Origin: Candidatus Annandia pinicola
Lineage (GTDB): Bacteria > Pseudomonadota > Gammaproteobacteria > Enterobacterales > Enterobacteriaceae_A
Direction: 5' to 3'
Assembly: GCF_020541245.1 (NCBI RefSeq)
Contig: NZ_CP045876.1
Coordinates: forward strand, 150,001-182,000
Length of the DNA: 32,000 bases
Position 1 is the first letter of the stretch, and each line of letters opens with the position of its first letter. Shown here piece after piece: positions 1-9,245 of this stretch. The position numbers and the translations under genes were made by a program. The notes beneath the pieces were generated by a model, which had not been told where the DNA came from, made no database searches, and worked only from the letters and a program-made list of their open reading frames with translations.

Positions 1-417
1 AACTTATTAGAATCAGTATTACCATCTATGATTAATAGAGAATCTTCATTGTTATCAAAAGGTGCTGCTATGAGTTTATATAGTACATTTCAATTATTAG
101 GTTCTTTTTCTGGTAGTATAATAAGTAAATATATAAAATATAAATTTAATATAGATTATTTATTTATGGCAACACTTGTACTTATAATAATATGGTTATT
201 AATAATATTAACTATAGAAGAACCCTTAAATAAAAGTAATGTTTGTATTCAATTAAATAGAAAATTATCTCATGTATCTATTAATAAATTATTCAATAAT
301 AAAGGAATTTTAGAAGCTCATTTTTCATATAACAAAAATTTTTTATATTTAAAAATTAATAATACATTAATTAAAAAAAAAAATATTAAAGATATAATAA
401 TACAGCAAAAAAAATAA
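1..417 (+). CDS. MFS-type transporter, C-terminal fragment (5' end lies outside the window); possibly YajR-like
   Basis: Frame 1 is open from base 1, so the ATG at 28 is probably internal. Hydrophobic MFS-like segments are present (GAAMSLYSTFQLLGSFSGSIIS; LFMATLVLIIIWLLIILTI). They are followed by a soluble tail of about 65 aa, as in YajR-type MFS proteins. The gene sits beside tgt-queA-brnQ, as yajR roughly does in E. coli. The family call is tentative. Confidence 0.55.
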   Translation, partial: NLLESVLPSMINRESSLLSKGAAMSLYSTFQLLGSFSGSIISKYIKYKFNIDYLFMATLVLIIIWLLIILTIEEPLNKSNVCIQLNRKLSHVSINKLFNNKGILEAHFSYNKNFLYLKINNTLIKKKNIKDIIIQQKK

Positions 418-421
418 AAAA

Positions 422-1534
<1,113 letters not shown>

Positions 1535-1552
1535 TTAATACCTCTAAATTTA

Positions 1553-2599
1553 TTAATTAATTTTATCTAAAAAAGCAGTAGGATTATATGTAATTAACAT
1601 TGCATCTCCATAACTAAAAAAATTATATTTTTTTTTAATTGCTATTTTATAACACGACATTATATTATAATAACCAGCAAAAGAAGAAACAAGTATAATT
1701 AAAGTAGAATAAGGTAAATGAAAATTAGTTATAAGAGCATCTACTATTTTATATTTATAACCAGGATATATAAATATCCCGGTGTTTTGATTTAATGATG
1801 TAATATATTTTGATTTAAAAATTATACTTTCTAATGCACGTAAAGTACTAGTACCTACTGCAATTATACGATTTCCTTTTAATTTACATTTAATAATCTC
1901 ATTTATCGTATTTTTTGTAACAATTACATACTCTTTATGTATAATATGATTTTTAATATTTGATGATTTTACTAAATTAAAAGTACCATATCCTATATGT
2001 AATGTAATAAATATTACTTTTATTCCTTTATTTTTTATTTTATCAAGTAAATATTTATTAAAATGTAATCCAGCAGTAGGTGATGCAATAGATCCATATT
2101 TACTACTATATATTGTTTGGTACTCATATATATCTTTACTTTTTTTTTTAATATAAGGTGGTAACGGTATATTACCAAAGTTATTTATTATATCCCATAT
2201 TTTAATTTTAGATTTAAATTCAATTTTATATAAAAAATTACGTTTAGATTTTATAATAGCGTAAATATTATTATTTATAAACAAAAATGTATTAATATTT
2301 ATTTTTTTATTTGATCTTATTATACCTAATATTGTATTACTATTTAAAATTTTATTTATTAATATTTCTACTTTACCACCACTTATTTTTTTTGCAAAAA
2401 TTCTAGCTGGTATTACCCTAGTATTATTTAATATTAATAAATCATTTTTTTTCAAAATATTTATAATATTATTGAATTTACCATGATATATTTTTTTTTT
2501 AACACTATCTAATATCATTAATTTTTTTTTTTTATTTTTTATTGGATATTGACGAATTAGTTTCTTTGGTAATTTAAAAAAAAAATTATTTAAATGCAT
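1553..2599 (-). CDS. queA: S-adenosylmethionine:tRNA ribosyltransferase-isomerase
   Basis: 348 aa with QueA motifs (NNTRVIPARI, LPPYI, YQTIY, GSIASPTAGLHF, ITLHIGYGTF, AVGTSTLRALES). It lies immediately upstream of tgt on the same strand, as in the E. coli queA-tgt operon. Confidence 0.95.
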   Translation of the reverse strand: MHLNNFFFKLPKKLIRQYPIKNKKKKLMILDSVKKKIYHGKFNNIINILKKNDLLILNNTRVIPARIFAKKISGGKVEILINKILNSNTILGIIRSNKKININTFLFINNNIYAIIKSKRNFLYKIEFKSKIKIWDIINNFGNIPLPPYIKKKSKDIYEYQTIYSSKYGSIASPTAGLHFNKYLLDKIKNKGIKVIFITLHIGYGTFNLVKSSNIKNHIIHKEYVIVTKNTINEIIKCKLKGNRIIAVGTSTLRALESIIFKSKYITSLNQNTGIFIYPGYKYKIVDALITNFHLPYSTLIILVSSFAGYYNIMSCYKIAIKKKYNFFSYGDAMLITYNPTAFLDKIN

Positions 2600-2611
2600 A
2601 TATAAATCTCA

Positions 2612-3937
2612 TTAAAAAAATTTTTTAAGTTTTACAAAAAAAAATTTTTTAATAATATTATAAAAATAATATAATATTAAAAAAATAAATACTATAATAG
2701 TTGGTAATAACCAAGATAATTCTTGTTGAGATAAAGGTAAATTATATGAAAAACATTTTATTATTTTAGTTTTTTGAATAATATCTATAATACTAAAAAC
2801 TAAACTTGTAATAACTGTTATAAATATAATGTTTGTATTACAAAATAAATTTGATAAAAAACTTGTAGTAACTAATACCATACATGGTGGACATATTGCT
2901 GCTAATATAGGAATAGAAAATTTTATTAATTGATCTAAACCTAAATTAGTAATCAAAATAGAAATTAGGCTTATTATAAATACTATTTTTTTATAAGATA
3001 TAGGCAAATATTTATAAAAAAATTCTGCACATGCACATGTTAAACCTATTGCAGTTACAATACAAGTAATAAAAATTAAAATACTAAGAAAATAATTTCC
3101 AAAAATACCAAACATGTTATTAACATAAGCACTTAAAATTTCAATACCATTAGATTTTTGACTAATTATTGAACCACTATTAGATCCAAGTTTAAATAAG
3201 CTTGAATAAACAATAATTATACCTAATCCAGAAATTAAACTAGTTAAAATAGTATAATAAACTAAACGTTTAACATTATATACCCCTTTAGATTTTATAG
3301 CATTAATTATAATAATACCAAACATTAAAGATCCTAAAGTATCCATAGTTAAATAACCATTAATAATACCATTAGAAAATGCTGCGTTTTTATATATATC
3401 TATTGCATTAGTAGTAGTTTTTCCTGAAATATTAAATATTACTGAAATACTTAACATAAGTAAAGCTATTGTTTTTATAGGAGCTAAAAAATATCCTATT
3501 GTATTTAATAATTTTCCAGGATACAAAGATATAATATTAATAATTATAAAATAAATTATACTATATATGAATAGAGAAATATTAGAATTGCCAATAAAAG
3601 GAGCAATATCTATTTCAAAAGATACTGCTGCTGTTCTAGGAATAGCAAAAAATGGACCTACTGATAAATAACATATTGTAATTAATGCAATGCCCATTAT
3701 TTTACCTATAGGAGATATTAATTTATTAATACTTCCCCCTTTATTTGCTAAAGCAATTATTGATATTGTAGGTAATATAGTTGCTGTAATTAAAAAACCT
3801 ATAGCAGCATTCCATATATATATACCAGATTGTATACCTACCATTGGAGGAAATATTATATTTCCTGCTCCTACAAATAAAGCAAAATTCATAAAACTAA
3901 TAGCAAATATATCTTTATAAGATAATTTTTCTTTCAT
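2612..3937 (-). CDS. brnQ: Branched-chain amino acid transport system II carrier (LIVCS family)
   Basis: 441 aa polytopic membrane protein. The N-terminus FALFVGAGNIIFPPMVGIQSG is the typical BrnQ signature. About 12 hydrophobic segments are present. Confidence 0.9.
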   Translation of the reverse strand: MKEKLSYKDIFAISFMNFALFVGAGNIIFPPMVGIQSGIYIWNAAIGFLITATILPTISIIALANKGGSINKLISPIGKIMGIALITICYLSVGPFFAIPRTAAVSFEIDIAPFIGNSNISLFIYSIIYFIIINIISLYPGKLLNTIGYFLAPIKTIALLMLSISVIFNISGKTTTNAIDIYKNAAFSNGIINGYLTMDTLGSLMFGIIIINAIKSKGVYNVKRLVYYTILTSLISGLGIIIVYSSLFKLGSNSGSIISQKSNGIEILSAYVNNMFGIFGNYFLSILIFITCIVTAIGLTCACAEFFYKYLPISYKKIVFIISLISILITNLGLDQLIKFSIPILAAICPPCMVLVTTSFLSNLFCNTNIIFITVITSLVFSIIDIIQKTKIIKCFSYNLPLSQQELSWLLPTIIVFIFLILYYFYNIIKKFFFVKLKKFF

Positions 3938-4046
3938 ATTTAATACCTTATTTATTAAGTTTAAAATAAGTTTATTTAATATTATTAAAAAAAATAAATT
4001 AATTTTTAAAATAATTTATTTTTATTAAATTTAATAGGAAAATAAA

Positions 4047-4652
4047 ATGGTTTTAGTTTCTCAAATAGCTCCAGATTTTACTTCATCAGCTGTATTGGGT
4101 AATGGAGAAGTAATAGAAAATTTTAATTTAAAAAAATTTACTAAAAATAAAAATGTAGTATTATTTTTTTGGCCAATGGATTTTACTTTTGTTTGTCCTT
4201 CTGAATTAATAGCCTTTAATAACAGATATGAAATTTTTAAAAAAAAAAAAACTATTATTATAGGAATATCAATAGATTCTATTTTTGTACATTGTGCATG
4301 GAGAAATACACCAATTGAACAAGGGGGAATAGGTAAAATAAAATTTACAATGGTATCTGATATTAAAAGAAAAATACAAAAATCTTATGGTGTAGAACAT
4401 CCTAAATTAGGTATTGCATTAAGAGGTTCATTTTTAATAGATAAAAATAGAATAATAAGACATCAAATTATAAATGATTTACCCTTAGGAAGAAATATTG
4501 ATGAAATGTTAAGAATAATTGATGCTTTACATTTTCATGAAAAATATGGTGAAGTTTGCCCAGCTCAATGGTATAAAGGAAAAAAAGGAATAGTAGCTAA
4601 TGATAATGGTATAAAAAATTATTTATCCGAATCATATAATGATTTAAAATAA
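4047..4652 (+). CDS. ahpC: Typical 2-Cys peroxiredoxin (AhpC/Prx1 subfamily)
   Basis: 201 aa. The peroxidatic Cys motif is DFTFVCPSE and the resolving Cys motif is GEVCPAQW. AGGAAA lies 6 nt upstream of the ATG. No ahpF follows. Confidence 0.92.
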   Translation: MVLVSQIAPDFTSSAVLGNGEVIENFNLKKFTKNKNVVLFFWPMDFTFVCPSELIAFNNRYEIFKKKKTIIIGISIDSIFVHCAWRNTPIEQGGIGKIKFTMVSDIKRKIQKSYGVEHPKLGIALRGSFLIDKNRIIRHQIINDLPLGRNIDEMLRIIDALHFHEKYGEVCPAQWYKGKKGIVANDNGIKNYLSESYNDLK

Positions 4653-4656
4653 TTCC

Positions 4657-4681
4657 AAAGGAGAATTTTTTATTCTCCTTT
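4657..4681. terminator. Hairpin between the convergent ahpC and DUF2076 genes (candidate bidirectional terminator)
   Basis: AAAGGAGAAT (4657-4666) and ATTCTCCTTT (4672-4681) form a perfect 10-bp stem with 3 G:C pairs and a TTTTT loop. The hairpin starts 5 nt after the ahpC stop and ends 19 nt before the other gene's stop. Flanking U-tracts are imperfect. Confidence 0.55.
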
Positions 4682-4699
4682 AATAAAATATTAAAATTA

Positions 4700-5323
4700 T
4701 TAATCATTTTCTGAAAAATTATCGTAATCATCATCATTATAATCATAATTATCATCATAATCTTCTGATAATTCCGTATTTGAAATAAAATTATCATTAT
4801 TATATTCATTTTTATTTATATTGTTAATATCATTATCTGATTCTTCTTCATTTATAATATTTAATATTTCTTCTGATTTATTATTATTATTTTTATTAAA
4901 TAATCCGGTTAATAGATTTCCCATAAAAACACCACCAGCAACACCTACTGCAGTTTGTAAAGCATTACCTAAAAAAGTACTATTACTATTTTTATTATAA
5001 TTATTATTTATGTTATCTTCATTATTAATATTATTTTTTTTTTTATCATTATAATTAAACAATTTAGAAAATATACTTTTATTATCACTTAAAGAATTTT
5101 TATTAATTTTATTTTTTAATTTTTTTATTTTTCTATTTAACATTTTAATAGCCGCTTCTTGTACTAAAATAGTTTGTGTTATATAATATGCTGCATAAGG
5201 TTGTTTAATAAAGTTTTTATTAATTAGTTTTTCTGCCATTGTATCCTTTTTAATCCCCATATTTTCTATTTTTTTTAATTTAAAAAATAATTCTTCAATT
5301 AAATTTTTTTCTTCTATTTTCAA
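4700..5323 (-). CDS. DUF2076 (COG3416) family protein of unknown function
   Basis: 207 aa. The N-terminus MKIEEKNLIEELFFKLKKIE...QPYAAYYITQTILVQEAAIKML and the Gly-rich segment FLGNALQTAVGVAGGVFMGNLLTGLF match the conserved blocks I recall for DUF2076 proteins. The middle and C-terminus are Asn/Asp-rich low complexity. Confidence 0.7.
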   Translation of the reverse strand: MKIEEKNLIEELFFKLKKIENMGIKKDTMAEKLINKNFIKQPYAAYYITQTILVQEAAIKMLNRKIKKLKNKINKNSLSDNKSIFSKLFNYNDKKKNNINNEDNINNNYNKNSNSTFLGNALQTAVGVAGGVFMGNLLTGLFNKNNNNKSEEILNIINEEESDNDINNINKNEYNNDNFISNTELSEDYDDNYDYNDDDYDNFSEND

Positions 5324-5436
5324 TTTTATATTTCCTAATTTTATTATTTAATATTAATAAATTAATAATAAATAATTTTATATTATATTTTTTTTAAGTT
5401 ATATGATTTTATAAAAAACATAGAGAGCAAATTATA

Positions 5437-5976
5437 ATGTCAATAATATTATATTTAATAGGTATGAGAGGAACAGGTAAAACTACTATTTGTAAAAAAT
5501 TATCTAAAAAAATTAATTATTTTTTTTTAGATATAGATAATTATATTACAAAATTATATTGTAAAAATATATCTGAAATAATATTTAATAATAATTGGCA
5601 AAAATTTCGTAACTATGAAAATTTTGTATTAAAAATAGTTAATAATAAGAAAAACATTATTATATCAACTGGTGGTGGAATAATTTTATTAGATAAAAAT
5701 ATTAAATATATGAATAATAATGGCAAAATAATATATTTATGTGCTAATTCAAAATTAATTTTGAATAGATTAAATAATGATAAAAAATTAAGTCAAAGAC
5801 CTAGCTTAACTAAAAAAAATTTAAAACAAGAAGTAATAGAAATATTAAAAAAAAGAAAAAATAAATATGAAAAAACATCAGATTATAAAATTTTATCAAA
5901 AATATCAATTACAAAAATTTTAATGAATATATGTTTATATATATTAAAAATAAAAAAAAATAATATCAAATTATAA
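5437..5976 (+). CDS. aroL: Shikimate kinase, AroL-type (shikimate kinase II)
   Basis: 179 aa with P-loop GMRGTGKTT. Blocks match E. coli AroL better than AroK: [11 protein letters not shown] vs [38 protein letters not shown] vs [48 protein letters not shown] vs [27 protein letters not shown] lies 9 nt upstream of the ATG. Confidence 0.85.
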   Translation: [179 protein letters not shown]

Positions 5977-6018
5977 TTATTTAAAATATTATAAAATAAA
6001 TATATAAAAGGTATCTTT

Positions 6019-7749
6019 TTGAATATAAAAAAAATAATTTCATTAAAAACAAGACAAGCAATGTCTATTTTTAATATACCTAAATTTTATAAACCAATAG
6101 TACATCCTTCTAAAGATAAATTTTTAATAAAATACCAAATTAACGGTATATTAAATTGTTCTAAGAATTTAAATACATATTCCTTAAATTTATCTATAAA
6201 AATAGCAAATAAAATTAATTTATATAATATATCTAAAAAAATTATAGTTTACAATCCTGGTTTTATTAATATATATTTTAATAATAAATGGTTATCTGAA
6301 CAATTATTATTAAAATTATCTTTACCTAAACTTGGTATTAAAAAAAAAAAAAGTATAAATATAATTATAGACTATTCTTCACCTAACGTTGCTAAAGAAA
6401 TGCATGTAGGGCATTTAAGATCTACTATTATTGGAGATTCAATTTTTAAAATATTAAAATTTTTAGGATATAAAGTATTTAAAGCTAATCATATAGGTGA
6501 TTGGGGACAACAATTTGGATCACTATTAGCATATTATTTCAAAAATAAAAAAAAAATAAAAAAAATTGATTTAAAAAACCTAGAAAAATTTTACAAAAAA
6601 TCTAATAAAAATTATAAAACAAATAAAAATTTTTCTAAATACTCAGATTATTGTTTATTACAATTATATAATGGTAAAAAAAAATATATAAAAATATGGA
6701 AAAAATTTGTAAGTATCACTATTAATTATAATCAAAAAATATATAAAAAACTAAATGTAAGTTTATGTAAAGATGATATTTTTGGAGAAAGTTTTTATCA
6801 CAATTATTTATCAAAAATTGTAATAGATTTAAAAAAAAAAAATATAGCTGAAATTATAAATGGTAATACAGTAATTAAATTAAAAGAATTTAATAATAGA
6901 AATGGAAATATCATGGGTATTATTATTAAAAAAAAAAATGGTATATTTTTATATAGTACAATTGATATAGCTTGTATAAAATATAGATTTGAAAAACTAA
7001 AAGCAAAAGAGATTATATATTATGTAGATAATCGTCAAAAACAACATTTAAAACAAGTATTTAATATTGTACATAAAGCAAACTATATAGATAAAAAAGT
7101 AAAATTAAAACACCATCATTTTGGAATGATACTAAACAATAATGGTAAACCTTTTAAAACAAGAGAAGGTAATAATATTAAATTAAACTATCTAATAGAA
7201 AAATCTATAAAAAAATCTAAAAATATGATATTAAAAAAAAATATTAATATAAAAAAAGATAAATTAGATTTTTTATCATCAATATTAGGAGTAGGTGCTA
7301 TAAAATATTCAGATTTATCAAAAAATAGAACTACAAATTATGTTTTTAATTGGAATAAAATACTATCTTTTGAAGGAAACACTTCATTTTATATTCAATA
7401 TGCATATACTAGAATTTTTTCTATTTTTAAAAATACAAATTTTAATTATAATTATTTATCTTCTAAAAAAATTATATTAAAAAATAAAAACGAATCTAAT
7501 ATTGCAATAAAAATTTTACAATTTGAAGAAAATATTATTGAAGCTTCTAAATTAGGAATGCCACATATTATTTGTAGATACTTATATGATTTAGCATCAT
7601 TATTTTCATTTTTTTATAGTAAATATCCAATACTATATTCAAAAAATAATATAAAAAAAATTAATAATTTGCAACTATTATTATTAATAGCTAAAACTTT
7701 AAAAATAGGATTAAATATGATAGGAATTGATACTGTAACTTTTATGTAA
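6019..7749 (+). CDS. argS: Arginine--tRNA ligase
   Basis: 576 aa, collinear with E. coli ArgS from the first residues (MNI...). Motifs: IDYSSPNVAKEMHVGHLRSTIIGD (HIGH-type), ANHIGDWGQQFG, KPFKTREG, GVGAIKYSDLSKNRTTNYVF. The start codon at 6019 is TTG. Confidence 0.95.
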   Translation: MNIKKIISLKTRQAMSIFNIPKFYKPIVHPSKDKFLIKYQINGILNCSKNLNTYSLNLSIKIANKINLYNISKKIIVYNPGFINIYFNNKWLSEQLLLKLSLPKLGIKKKKSINIIIDYSSPNVAKEMHVGHLRSTIIGDSIFKILKFLGYKVFKANHIGDWGQQFGSLLAYYFKNKKKIKKIDLKNLEKFYKKSNKNYKTNKNFSKYSDYCLLQLYNGKKKYIKIWKKFVSITINYNQKIYKKLNVSLCKDDIFGESFYHNYLSKIVIDLKKKNIAEIINGNTVIKLKEFNNRNGNIMGIIIKKKNGIFLYSTIDIACIKYRFEKLKAKEIIYYVDNRQKQHLKQVFNIVHKANYIDKKVKLKHHHFGMILNNNGKPFKTREGNNIKLNYLIEKSIKKSKNMILKKNINIKKDKLDFLSSILGVGAIKYSDLSKNRTTNYVFNWNKILSFEGNTSFYIQYAYTRIFSIFKNTNFNYNYLSSKKIILKNKNESNIAIKILQFEENIIEASKLGMPHIICRYLYDLASLFSFFYSKYPILYSKNNIKKINNLQLLLLIAKTLKIGLNMIGIDTVTFM

Positions 7750-7771
7750 TAAATTATTTAACAAAAATAAT

Positions 7772-8434
7772 TTATATAAATTTTTTTTTTAAATATATAG
7801 GATTAATATTTTTATTAAAAAATACATTATTTTTATTAAAATATTTTATAGTTAAATCAATCATATCTATTGAATTTATTTCATCAAATAAATTAATATT
7901 ATTTGATAAATCATTTTTTAATTTTATATTTAAATATCCTTTTAAACTAATAATTATCCAAAAGCATGATTTTAAAATTATATCTTTTACATTAAAAAGT
8001 TTATTAATAGATATTTTTTTTTTATATATTGTCCATAATCCTTTAATATTTTGATATTTTCCTATATATATTTCATTATAATCACTATTAACTATTGATA
8101 ATATCTTTTTTACTTTTTTTTTTTTATATAATTTATATGCAATAATATCTAAAATAGAAATACTTATTAAAGGTATATTCATACCAAAACTTAATCCTTG
8201 AGCAATACTAATATTCATTCTTATATTAGTAAAATGACCAGGACCATTTAAAAATGATATTGCTTCTAATTGATTAATTTTTAAATTGTTATTATTTAGT
8301 ATTTCTTTTATCATTAATAAAATGTGATCATTTCCGTTTTTATAACATATATTTTCTAAATAACTAATTTTTTCATTTATAATTAAGGAAACTGAGCACT
8401 TTTTGTGATTAACATTAATTATTAAAATTATCAT
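7772..8434 (-). CDS. tsaB: tRNA threonylcarbamoyladenosine (t6A) biosynthesis protein TsaB (YeaZ)
   Basis: 220 aa. The N-terminal ASKHA-fold half matches E. coli YeaZ (ILNNNNLKINQLEAISFLNGPGHFTNIRMNISIAQGLSFGMNIPLISIS vs ...[41 protein letters not shown]). Confidence 0.85.
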   Translation of the reverse strand: MIILIINVNHKKCSVSLIINEKISYLENICYKNGNDHILLMIKEILNNNNLKINQLEAISFLNGPGHFTNIRMNISIAQGLSFGMNIPLISISILDIIAYKLYKKKKVKKILSIVNSDYNEIYIGKYQNIKGLWTIYKKKISINKLFNVKDIILKSCFWIIISLKGYLNIKLKNDLSNNINLFDEINSIDMIDLTIKYFNKNNVFFNKNINPIYLKKKFI

Positions 8435-8704
8435 ATATTAGCCTTTAAAGCATTGTTTTTTTTATCTATAATTTTAATTTTATTTTTTTTTAATTACTTT
8501 ATTTTTATTATATAAAAATTTTACTATTAAATATATTAATTTTTTATTTGTTAAATTAAAATTTTTATTAATAAAATAATTTTTTATCATTTATATATTT
8601 ATTATAAATAAATAATTATTAATAATTTTATTATTTATTTATTTTTGATTAATATAATAGTTAATTTTAATTAGTTTTAATTTAATTATCAATAATATTT
8701 TTTA

Positions 8705-8748
8705 AATTTATTTATTATTAACTAAATATAGTTAATAATAAATAAATT
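8705..8748. repeat. Perfect 18-bp inverted repeat with an 8-nt spacer
   Basis: AATTTATTTATTATTAAC (8705-8722) is the exact reverse complement of GTTAATAATAAATAAATT (8731-8748), with loop TAAATATA. It begins 21 nt downstream of the yoaE stop on the minus strand. All but one pair is A:T. Confidence 0.7.
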
Positions 8749-8768
8749 ATTAATAATAGTATACTTTT

Positions 8769-9245
8769 TTATATTATTATTTTTTTATCTTTTTTTCTTT
8801 CTATAACCTCTTCTATGTTTTTGTTTTCTTCTTTTTTTTCTCTTTTTTTTTTTTTTCTAAATCTTCTTTTTTTTTTTTTTCTTCTTTTTTTTATATCATC
8901 TTTTATTTTTTTATATTTTTTTTCTATATTTTTTTCTACTTCTTCACATTTTTTTTCTTCTATAACTTTTTCTGTCTTTTTGTTCTCCTCTATATTATAT
9001 TCTATTTTCTTTTTATTTTCTATATTATCTTCTATTATTTTTTTATATTCCATATCATGCTCTTCTATATTATCTTTTATTATTTTGTTCTCTTCTATAT
9101 CATACTTTTCTATATCATCTTCTATGCTTTTAATCTCTTTTATATCATACTCTTTTATATTATCTTCTATTTTTTTGCTATCTTCTATATCATTTTCTAT
9201 TTTTTTGTTATCTTCTATATATTTTTTATTTTTAATTTTATAACG
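8769..9245 (-). repeat. Degenerate in-frame tandem-repeat, low-complexity coding tract (polypurine on the coding strand)
   Basis: The plus strand here is almost only T/C plus A. It carries reiterated units such as TCTTCTATATTATCTT, TCTTCTATATCATAC and TATCTTCTAT, encoding IE(D/N)(N/D)I(E/K)-type units. It includes T14 runs at 8843-8856 and 8867-8880. All three plus-strand frames are also open, which explains the shadow ORFs at 8815-9243 and 9057-9272. Confidence 0.85.

Noticed and set aside
3690-3920. 76-aa ORF on the plus strand
   Set aside because: It is a shadow ORF antisense to the 5' part of brnQ, with no motif and no ribosome-binding site.
4597-4809. 70-aa ORF on the minus strand rich in Met and Ile
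   Set aside because: It overlaps the ahpC 3' end, the terminator hairpin and the DUF2076 gene in another frame. It is a translation artefact of the Asp/Asn-coding repeat (ATGATTATCAT...).
7751-7773. 9-bp inverted repeat (AAATTATTT / AAATAATTT) between the convergent argS and tsaB genes
   Set aside because: The stem is entirely A:T, overlaps the tsaB stop codon and has no U-tract. Such short all-AT palindromes are expected by chance at this composition.
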